A DNA stretch of 64,000 bases from Mantamonas sphyraenae STR306 (lineage: Eukaryota; Protista; CRuMs), in assembly GCA_026936335.1 (NCBI GenBank), contig JAPMXV010000001.1, positions 372,001 through 436,000 of the forward strand, written 5' to 3'. Below, one piece after another: positions 48,382-58,158 of this stretch. The translations under genes and the position numbers were made by a program. Each line of letters starts with the position of its first letter. Position 1 is the stretch's first letter. Below the pieces are notes generated by a model, which saw only the letters and a program-made list of their open reading frames with translations, was not told the origin of the DNA and made no database searches.

Positions 48382-50141
48382 TGAGAACGAGGTCGTCGTT
48401 GGTTGTGGTGGCAGCAATGGCCATGAGCTCGCTGTCAAAGAGGCCACGGTGGGCCTGGATGTGCTCGCGGGTGGCGTTGCTCCAAGAGCGGATCTGGGCA
48501 CGGAGGCTGACGAGACAGTCAGCCGAGATATGTTTGGCCCACTCGAGGCTGGACGAGGCACTGTTGCGCGCTGTGGGAGGCTTGCCAGCGGGAGGAAGAG
48601 GCGGGGGTTGGAGAGTGTCGGTGGAGCGGGAAGACTGGTCGAGGAGGACTTGGTTGATGAGGGCCTCCTTGGTTGCAGAGAGGGGCTCGGGCATGAGGAG
48701 AAGGGAATAGTGACTGTGTTTGAGGGGGGAAGAGGGCACCTCCTGCATGGTGACCTGGCCGACGCGAACTTCGAGGACCTGCTTGAAGTAGCCAAGGACG
48801 TGTTGGTGGTCACTGGCGTTGGAAAGGCGGTCGAGACTACGTCGTTCGAGGTCGACGGAGCGGCGGGCAAGGTCAGAGTCTGTGGAGTCGTCCAGCGGGC
48901 CGGTGGTGGCGAAGCGATCCTCGACCAGGGAGGCGACGGAAGAGAAGGAAGAGACGCGGAACATGGTGCGTGTGTCTGTGCCAGATGAGTGCTCGGCGAG
49001 GATGGGGTTTGCGCGATGGAAGGAGCGGATGGAGGCGAGATGGAGGTCGGTGAGCATGACAACGTAGCCACGCATGATGTCGCGTGAGTGTTCGCCGTAG
49101 AGGAGGTTGAGGAGGAATTGCGGGAGCGTGAGACGGAAGGAGATGGCCGGTGTGTTGTGTTCGTCAGTGTGGATGGGGTCGGGAAGGATTTCTGGGTCGA
49201 TGGGGACGTCGGAGGCGTGTGTGATCGTCGTTTGCGCCGCGTTCAAGGGCGGCATTGACAGAGTCGACAAAGAGGAGAAGGGCGCGCCAGTCTGGACGAG
49301 GCAGCACGAGTTCGATGACGTCAAAGATGACGTCTATGTGAGTGGAAATGGCCTGGTTGGTGTCTGAGCGGACGTTGGAGGAGATGCGTAGCTGGAAACT
49401 CATCTTTTCGAGAAAGGTGTGGGCGCGTGGGGCAAGGGAGTCTGCGTCTGGCGGGTGGAGGACGCTCATGGTAACACTGTCAACCTGCGCGAGGCGGTAG
49501 AGGGGAGTGACGGGGCCCCCTTCGGCGGCAGCGCGAATGTCCTGAACGGTGGTTTGCTCCCAGTTTGCGTTTGTGCTGAGGAGGGCAATGTTGGAGAGCT
49601 GCAGGCGGATACCAGGGGCTTTTCGGAGCGGATCGTTGCGCAGACGGGGCGTAAACTCGACGCAGATGTCGTTGATATGGATCTGGAGGTTGTCGATGAC
49701 CTCTTCGGCAAGGCCACGGTCGGACTGGGAAGGGGAAGGGGAGGATGAAGAGGAAGAAGAAGAGGATGAGGATGCAGAAGGGTCCTGGAGCTGCTGGCGA
49801 GCAGCCTCGAGGTCTTGGGCGGCGGCCTCGGGGTCGAGCCAGAGGTCCTCGTCGGGGCTGATCTCTTCCAGGACGAGGGTGACGGTGTCGAGGTCGACAG
49901 TGACGCTCTCAGTCTTGAGTTTTGTGTAGGGGATTTTGAGGGCAATGCGAGAGACGCTTGCGGTGACGATGCGTAGATTGTTGGGCAGGTGGAGGAGGTG
50001 GTGGAGGACGACGGTGTTCAGTTTGAGATCAGTGAGCTCCGCCCTGCCTGTGAGGAGTTTGAGGGAGAGGTTTTCCGGAGCAAAGTCCTTGACAAAGAGG
50101 GCTAATTTGGATGCCAGGGCCTTTGCGACGATGTTGGACAT
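46370..50141 (-). CDS. Chorein-N bridge-like lipid transfer protein (BLTP3/UHRF1BP1-like) with C-terminal coiled coil; apparent frameshift ~49220
   Basis: MSNIVAKALASKLALFVKDFAPENLSLKLLTGRAELTDLKLN...IPYTKLKT, LLSTNANW. Two overlapping ORFs offset by +1. Confidence 0.75.
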
Positions 50142-50316
50142 GTGGGAGGAGTTGGGGGGTGGGGGAGGGGCGAAAAGGGTTGGCGGGGAGGGAGGGAAGG
50201 GGGGGTGATGGGAAGGGATGTGAGAGGGAGGGAGGTGGAGGGAGGGAGGGAAGGAATGTGACAGGGGGGGCGATGGTGCGCCGGAGAAGGCAAACAAAGG
50301 AAAGGAAACGAGGAAG

Positions 50317-51022
50317 ATGAAAGACATCTTGGGAAACCTGCGAGAGAATGAAGGACAGGAGCTGCCGATGACGCAGAAGGAGGGAAAGGTTGGAGAGAGG
50401 GGTGCAGAGTCGGAGACGGCGAACAAAGTGTTTGTGGCGTCGCTGGAACGGCTGCGGGAAAGGCTGCGGCCGTGGGGAGAATTCTTTGCCAAGGACGGGT
50501 TTTCGAAGCCTGAGGGAGACGCAATGGAGAGGGCAAAGGCAAACTATGCGAGGTTCCAGGTGAACTATCTGTGTGTGGGCTTTTTGATGTTTGCGTACAG
50601 CGCGTAGGTTCCGCGCGAGAGGCGAATGCTGGGGTGGCGGGGCGTTGGGAAAAGAGCGGGCGGAAAAAGGGCAACGGGAGCAGGAGACGGGCTGACACGG
50701 GGTGACATGGGCTTTGTGTGGACACAGTGTAACCAATCCGTCGTTCTTGATCGGGTTTGTGATCATCACGGTGGGATGGGGCGTGATTGTGGTGCGGCAC
50801 GAGCCGTTGACGGTGGGAAGCACGACACTGACGGTGGCGCAGCTGCGCGGGATCATGGTGGGCGTCACACTGTGTGCCATCTTGTTTTCCAGTGTGGGGC
50901 CGACGTTCTTTTGGAGCCTGGGGATGGCAGGCTTGCTGGTCGGGGCACACGCGGTGCTGCGGAAACCGGTGGAGGAGGCTGACTGGAGCCTGGAGGCCAT
51001 GGAGGACAAGCTGGGAGGGTGA
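50317..51022 (+). CDS. PRA1 (prenylated Rab acceptor) family protein (intron ~50604-50728)
   Basis: LRPWGEFF...FSKP...RAKANY.RFQVNY and GAHAVLR; TM segments. Confidence 0.9.
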
Positions 51023-51066
51023 AGTGGAGAAGGAGGTGAATGGACACATGGTTGAATTCATGGAAA

Positions 51067-52633
51067 TTAGCGGCGGCGACGCTTGGGGCGTGCGCGAGGC
51101 TTGTCTTCAAGGCGCTGTGCAGTTTCGTGCAGCTTGCGCAGCTGGGCAGGGGTCACGCTGGTGCCGACGACAGGTGTGTTGTCATTGTCCGAGGCAAACT
51201 TGCGGGCCATGTCGTTGAGAGGCACGCCGCCGGAACGGCTCTTGCGCTTGTTGCGTGCGGGCTTGACGGCGCCACTGGGGCTGAGCTCGCTCTCGTCTTC
51301 GATGTCGCTGACAGTTGCCTCTCGTGCAGAGATGAACTGGCGTGACTGGAACTTGTCGACCTGTGTGCTCTTACCTGTGCGCAGGAGTTTCTTTCGCTTG
51401 GCGAGTTCGCGGGAAGAGAGATGGCGTGTGGAGAGGAGGTCATCGTCGGGTTTGGGCAGTTTGATACCCTTGGACTTGGGCTTGGGTTTAGGCTTGGTGC
51501 GGGGTTTGGGTTTGGGCTTGGGTTTGGTGCGGGGTTTGGGTGCGACCGGCTCTTCTTCGGAGCTGACGAGGGAGGATGGGAGGCGGCGCGAATCGGAGGG
51601 CTTGTAGGAGGCGGTGGCAGCACGGCGGCGGCCATGTTGGGATGTCTTTTTGGCCATGGGATCGGCGTAGGGGTTGGGGACTTCCATGTCGGACGGGAGC
51701 TCAATGTCACTGACGGTAGGAATCTTCTTGGCCGGGGGAGCAGAAGCGGTGCGGCTGGGCTTGGTGGGTCGGGCACGGCGTGCGGGCTTGGCGGGCTTGG
51801 TGCGCTTGGTTGGCTGGGCGCGGCGTGCGGGCTTGGTGCGGACGGGGTAGGGCGAATCTACCTCGGAGGGGACGGCAGGAGGCTCGTCGTCGCTGATGGG
51901 CGGGGACACGGAGGGACGGCGACGGTTTTGACGGCCCTTGGGGCGGGAAGATCGAGTGGGGTTCGTGTAGGGGGCGTCGAGGTCGGACGGGAGGTCGTTC
52001 TCGCTGACGGGCGCCCGGGAACGGGTTGCCTTGGCCGCCGAGGGCGCGGGAGGGACGCGAGGGGCGCGAGGGACGGTCACGAGCAAAGGAGTCGGAGGGG
52101 ATGTCAACGTCGCTGATGCCGCTGGGAGCCGGGTGGGCAACGGATTTGGAACGGCGGAATGCGCCGTTTCTTTGTTTGCCGGGAGGGGCTCGGACACGGG
52201 GTGAGCCACGGGTGCGTTTGGAGGATGCGTAGGAGGCGCGAGCCGGAGAGGCGTAGGCGATGTCGTCCTGGTCGTCGTCGCTGATGTCCTCAGAAGCGTA
52301 TACGCGAGAGGAACGGGAAGAGGAGCGTCTGGGCGCCTGGTTCGCGTCGTCCTCCATGTCGCTGGGCAGTTCAGACTCGACGTCGCTCGGGTAGGCGGCG
52401 GAGCGGGAGCCACGGCGAGCAGCAGCATAGGAGCGAGCCGAGTCGCGAGTACGGGAGACAACCAGGGCGTCGTCATCCAGGCCCACCTCTTCGGAGACGG
52501 CGCCGTCGTCGTCGCTGACGTCACTCACGTCGCTGACGGAGGCGTAGCGAGAGGCTGCATGCACAGGGTGCAGTGAAGCCACACAAAGAAGCACAGAAGC
52601 CAGCAGCACAAGCAGAGACAGGCGACTATGCAT
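51067..52633 (-). CDS. Secreted low-complexity protein with acidic SD/PSD repeats and basic Pro/Arg/Lys spacers; apparent frameshift ~52045
   Basis: Signal peptide MHSRLSLLVLLASVLLCVASLHPVHA; repeated (V/I)SDxxLPSD motifs continue across two frames. Confidence 0.6.
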
Positions 52634-52718
52634 GTGGTTTTGTACGGGAAGTGCCAGAAAGGGATGGGCCAAGGAGCGCGGCTGCGGAGGCAACATAGCC
52701 AACACAGCCAACGCCACC

Positions 52719-55700
52719 ATGACGACCACGAGTGAGTTTTCATCGTCGCTCGGTGACGATGACATCTTTGCGTGGATGGAGGCGGCCGAGGCAGCCGAGC
52801 AGCAGATGCTGGAAGCATCGCAGCGGTCGGATCGCTCACCGAAGCGAATGCTAGAGGAGGGGGAGGAGGCATCGCATGTGCAGCAGGATGTGAAGCGGAC
52901 ACGCGTGTGCTCGGAGGACTCTGAAACGAGCGTGCCTGTGGCATGGTCAAACCGCAGTATGAGCAGTGAAGAGATGACGAGCGCACGCAGCAGCTCGAGT
53001 TCGAGGTGAGCGATTCCCGAAAAACATTCTTTTCGTGTGTTTTTTGGCGGGAAGGCGGCGGGAACGGGCAGCGCTAACACCGACAGAAACAGCAGCAGCG
53101 CTGAGCAAGAAACAAGGGACCAAGGAGGGATGCCGCACATGGGCAACGATGACTTGGCGTTGCTGAACGCGAAGCTGAAGGAATACTACGGATACGCAAA
53201 AGTGCGATCGTTTCAGCGGAACGCAATCGCGTGTGTGCTGAGTGGGCGCGACAGCTTTGTGCTGATGGCCACGGGAGCAGGCAAGTCGCTGTGTTTCCAG
53301 CTGCCGCACATGGTGTCTGGCAAGATCACGCTCGTGGTGTCGCCTCTGATCTCGCTGATGGCCGATCAGGTGAACGCACTCGAGGAAAACGGGATCCGTG
53401 CATGCTCGCTTGGCTCGACGACGCCGCTGGAGACGTTGCGAGGCGCAGAAAGGGGCGAGTACGACCTGGTGTACCTGACGCCGGAAAAGGTGAGCGTTTG
53501 GACGCAGGGCCTAAAGTCGATGCACGCGCAGCGGGAAATCGGGCTGATTGCCATCGACGAGGCACACTGTGTGTCGGAGTGGGGCCACGACTTTCGTCCA
53601 GAGTACAGGCAGCTTGCAGCTGTGCGTGAACATTTGCCAGGAGTGCCGATGATGGCGCTGACGGCGACGGCGACGCCGAGGGTGGGCGAAGACATCATCC
53701 GCAACCTACAGCTGGCCAATGTGTGGGTGGAACGGTCTTCGTTCAATCGCAGCAACCTGTTTTACGAGGTGCGGCGCAAAGCAAGCGGGGCAAATCAAGT
53801 GTACAACTCGCTTGCGTTTATGCTGCCACGCAGGGACGGTGGGGACTCGCTGGTGGTGGGTACGCACTCGCCGTACTTCAAGGCGTTTGCAGGGACGCAA
53901 CTGAGCCTGTTGACGGGCGTGTCTGTGGTGTACTGCAGCACGCAAAGAACGACCGAGGCCGTGGCAAACATGCTGAGCAACAACGGTCTGCGTGCACGTG
54001 CGTACCACGCGGGGCTGCCTCTGTCGGAACGAGAGGAGGTGCACAAGGCGTTCATGAACGATGAGCTGGACGCGCTGGTGGCGACGACTGCGTTTGGGAT
54101 GGGCATCGACAAGGGAGACATCCGGCGCGTGGTGCACTACGGTCTGCCCACGAGCGTGGAAGAATACTTCCAGCAGACAGGGAGGGCCGGGCGTGACGGA
54201 CTGCCTGCAGAGTGCATCCTTGTGGCCGGGGACGGAGACGCACTCACGGCGGCGCGTGTGATTGAAAAGTACAACCCCAACTCGACGGGGCACCTGATGA
54301 GCTTGCTGGTGGTGATGAAGCAGTACCTGCACACGCGCAAGTGCAGGCGGGCGATGATTCTGGAGTACTTTGGAGAGGAAGGCCAATGCGAGAGCGCGAG
54401 TGCGTTGGCAGGGCAGGCGCCGGAAAACAACTGCGCAGGGTGCGACAACTGCTTGCGTGAGATGCGGCTGCCTGGTACGTCTGTGCGTGGCTCTGGTGTG
54501 CGCAACGTGGGCCAGGAGGCGTATGTGCTTTTGGCCACGGTGGTGCAGATGAACGAACACTTTGGTCTGTCGCTGGTGGTGGACGTGTTGCGCGGGTCGC
54601 GGAGCAAGAGGGTGCTGCAGTACGACATGGACGAGAAGCCCATGTACGGAAAGGGCAGCCGGTTCACAAAGAACTGGTGGAAGAGCCTTGCGCATCTGCT
54701 GTGCGATGAGGGATACCTGGAGGAAGTGAGCAAGGACAAGTTTACCGTGTGGATGTGCTCGTCCAAGGGCCGTGCGTTCCTGGACAAGAACAGGTACTAT
54801 GAGCGGGGCTCGGAGCAGTATCGGCGGCAGTACGACCACGTGGGTACACTGGAACTGCCGCTGAACAAGGTGCTGCTGATGGAGCACGACCGCGTGCATC
54901 GATACCGATCACCGACGCAGCACGGAAGCAAGGAGGTACTGGAGACGCCTGCGTTCCGTGTGGAGGGCAGTGAAGACACGAGGCAGGGGGCTGGGCGAGC
55001 GCTGCAGGAGGATGAGCGGGTTCTGTTTCGCAAGCTGCTCAAGGTGCGCACGGAGGAGGCGGCCAAGGCCAACGTGGCAGGAATGAGTGTGATGGACACG
55101 CACACACTGCAGCTGCTTGCGATGCAGCGGCCTGTGGACAGGGAGCACATGTTGGGTGTGGAGGGCGTGGGTGTGGTGAAGCTGGAAAAGTACGGGGCAG
55201 CGTTCTGCGAGGCGATCGCAGCGTTTGCGGAGGAGCACAACATGAGCACGAACGTGAGCAGCGAGGCGCTGGAGGCGCAGAGCGAGGCAAACACGCAGTT
55301 GCTACGCAACCTGGGCAGCAGGTTGGACGGGAGCGTGACGGCACCGAGGATGACGCCTGTTCGGGAAGAGGCGATGTCGCTGCTGAGACACACGCAACTG
55401 GGTGCGGAAGAGATGGCACAGCAGCGTGGAGTGCAGACGCAAACGCTGCTCGGGTATCTGAGCGACGGATTCCTTGCGCTTCCAAACGGCAAGGAGCTGA
55501 TGATGGAGCACTGGGAAAGGCTGCAGGTGCGGCAAGAGGACTTTGTGCGCGTGGCAAACGCAGCCAAGGCGTTCAAGACGCAGCACGGCCTGGAGTCGTA
55601 CAGGGAGGTGCGTTTGGGTGCGCTGAAGCAAACGATCGGGGACGACGGCGTGGGGTTTGGTCTGATGCGGATTGTGCTGGTGGCGCTGGAACTGGGAGTG

Positions 55701-55853
55701 AATGGAGGGGAAGAGGAAGTGGAGGTGGAGGATGCCGAGGACACGTTGATTCGGGAGCTGCGGGAGGAGGTTGCGCGAAAGGACGCGCTGATTGCGGACC
55801 AGCTGGCACAGTTGCAGGAGCTGCGACAACAGCTGGAGGGGCGGGGCAGGTAG
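52719..55853 (+). CDS. RecQ-family DNA helicase (DEAH, Zn-RQC, HRDC; intron 53006-53086)
   Basis: MATGAGKSLCFQ, IDEAHCVSEWGHDFRP, ALTATAT, QQTGRAGRDG, CRR...CAGCDNC, HRDC GVG..KLEKYG. Confidence 0.95.
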
Positions 55854-55860
55854 TGCAGGA

Positions 55861-57014
55861 TCATTCTTGTGTGTGCGCTGGCGCTTGATGTCCGAGGAGG
55901 TGGACGCGGAAAGAGTGCGCTTGCGTGGGCCGGTTCGAATCGACTGGAGGGGGGCGGCCGAGGCGTCGTAGACAGAGCGAATGAAAAAGTGGCGGTCGCC
56001 AAACATACGAAGACCAGCGAATTTGTACAGGGGCGCGTCGTGTGCGGAAAAGCCCGGATGGAGGGTGTCTGCGGCAGTGGATTGGAGGAAACGCGGGCGC
56101 TCGGAGCCCAAAGTGTTGCGTAGGCCACAGACAAGGCCAGAAAAGGTGGCTCGGATCTCGTCAATGAGACGGTCGTTGAGAAGGGAGGCAATGGTTGCGC
56201 CACCGGCGGCGACGTCGACAAAGCGCACGTTGTGGGTGCCGCGAAGGTGCTGGAGAATCCAGGGTAGAGAGAGGCGGTCTGTGCGGGCGTCGTCGGGCTG
56301 GGCAAGGACGATGGAGAGGTTGAAGGTGTCGCGAAGGACAGCGTCGAGGGTGTCGTCGTCAGCGTGGAGGGGCAGGTCTTGGGAGTCGAGGTGGGCGTCG
56401 AGGTGGGCGAGCAGAGTGCTGCGGCCTTGTTCGGAGGTGTAGACGACTGCGGGGAGGTCTGGTCCGAGGACAGGGTGTTCGGGAGGCAGGTTGCCGGAGT
56501 AGGTGACGACGGCTTGGAGAGGCGGGTCGGTGGAGCGCGTTTGGGAGCGGTGCTCCACGAGATCGTCGTCTTGGGGCGCGTAGCGAGCACCAGGCTCGAG
56601 GCGCAGCTGGCCGCCACTGAGAAGGACGGCGTCGGCAAGGGCCCAACCAAAGTTGAGGAGGCGCCAGTCTGCAGCAGAGCCTGCCTCGCCGTCAGGGACG
56701 TGTGCGAGGGCGATGTGTTTCGAGTCGCTCGCGCCTTTGTCTAGGAAGGAGGTGATGCCGTCTGCGGGGGGGAAGGGGGGTGGTTAGGGTGGGGGGGGGA
56801 ACAAGGGAAGGAGGGGGGAGGGGAGAGGGGGGTGATTACCGAGGGAGGAGACAGAGTTGCTCCAGATGTAGGGGCGGGTTTCAGGGACGGTGACGTGGTC
56901 GAGGGAGTAGAACTCGCACATGTCTGCAAGGGAGATGCGACCCGCGTCGTCTGTGGTAAAGTCGCCGAGGCGTGCGATGGGGGTTGACACGGCGGAGGAG
57001 GAGGAGGAGGTCAT
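55861..57014 (-). CDS. RibD C-terminal/DHFR-like reductase domain protein (intron ~56762-56839; 3' end uncertain)
   Basis: Spliced RPYIWSNSVSSL|DG, WALADAVL, QAVVTYSGNL, VDVAAGGATIASLL...LIDEI. The frame has no stop until 55302 unless a CA slip near 55870 is corrected. Confidence 0.7.
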
Positions 57015-57044
57015 GTGTGGGTTGGCGGACTGCGCGCCAGCCAA

Positions 57045-57896
57045 ATGGAACATGTGGAGCTGGTGGGGAGGCTGGACGAACGTGGGTGGTCCGAAATGAG
57101 AGATCGGATGCAGGAGATGGTGTCGCTGAGGTCACTGGTGTGGCTGGACAGCGGGTGCGACGAAGAAAGGGTAAGGGAGTTGGTGGAGCTGGTCAAGAAG
57201 CACAAAGGAGTCGTCAGCGTGGCACTGCACTCTCATCAATGCGGAGACGTTGGCCTGCTGGGAAGTTTGTACGAGGCAACTCAGGAAAACCTGCGTGGAA
57301 TGGACGAGCTGGAGGCCGGGATTGAGTGTGGAGACGTGCAGGAGGTCAGTCGGTGTTTGCGGCATGGCACGCCAGTGCAAAGGCGGGTGTTGCGGAAATG
57401 TGTGATGGCAAATGATGGGGTTGTGTTGAATGTGCTGTTGGAGCACGGGGGCGATCCGGAGGAGGCTGTGGAGAAGGCGGCAGGGTTTGGGCGGCCGGCA
57501 CTGGTGTTTGTGGCCCTGTGGCACGGTGCTACGCCGCCGGCGGGTGTGCGATATGGAGGGCAGCGGTTGGTTTGCGAGATGTTGGTGGAGGGGTGGAAGA
57601 GGCAGGATCTGAGAGAGTTGTTTGAATGCGAGGAAAGGGTCGCTTTTGAGGGGATTCAGGGGTGCATGATGCCGGTACAGGTACAGTGGAGTGAGGATGT
57701 ACATTGGATGTGGAGTGGACACATGGATAGAGCGGTGGAGGTGGCGTTGGTGATGAACGGGGAGGAGAGGGAGGCGATGTTTGCGTGTGGAGGGATGGAG
57801 GAGTATGTGGAGGAGGGTGGGTGGGATGGGTGGGTGACACTGCCGGATGAGGTGATGGAGAGGGTGATTGGGTGGATGGGGAAGGGATGGTGGTGA
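57045..57896 (+). CDS. Hypothetical protein with degenerate ankyrin-like repeats and a C-terminal F-box-like motif
   Basis: GDVQEVSRCLRHG, VLNVLLEHGGD, AAGFGRP; terminal WS..VH...TLPDEVMERVIGWM. Confidence 0.5.
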   Translation: MEHVELVGRLDERGWSEMRDRMQEMVSLRSLVWLDSGCDEERVRELVELVKKHKGVVSVALHSHQCGDVGLLGSLYEATQENLRGMDELEAGIECGDVQEVSRCLRHGTPVQRRVLRKCVMANDGVVLNVLLEHGGDPEEAVEKAAGFGRPALVFVALWHGATPPAGVRYGGQRLVCEMLVEGWKRQDLRELFECEERVAFEGIQGCMMPVQVQWSEDVHWMWSGHMDRAVEVALVMNGEEREAMFACGGMEEYVEEGGWDGWVTLPDEVMERVIGWMGKGWW

Positions 57897-58158
57897 CGGC
57901 GAGTGGTGGAGGGGGGAAGAGGTGAGGGAGGAAGTGCAATTTTCCCGACTCGAAGTGGAGCAAAATGAAGTTGGATCCGTTTTATGGATGGGTGATCGAC
58001 CCCTGGCGCAAGGAGACAAGTGGAAGGCCGTGTGCAAAAGCGCGACTCAAGCGATGAGGAGAACGTGAGGACAAGACTTTTCCACACGTGCGATGGTGAA
58101 ACAGTGGGCATCCCAGGGTGCAGTGGAGTGGTCGTGGGGAGTGTGGGAATGAAGGGGT

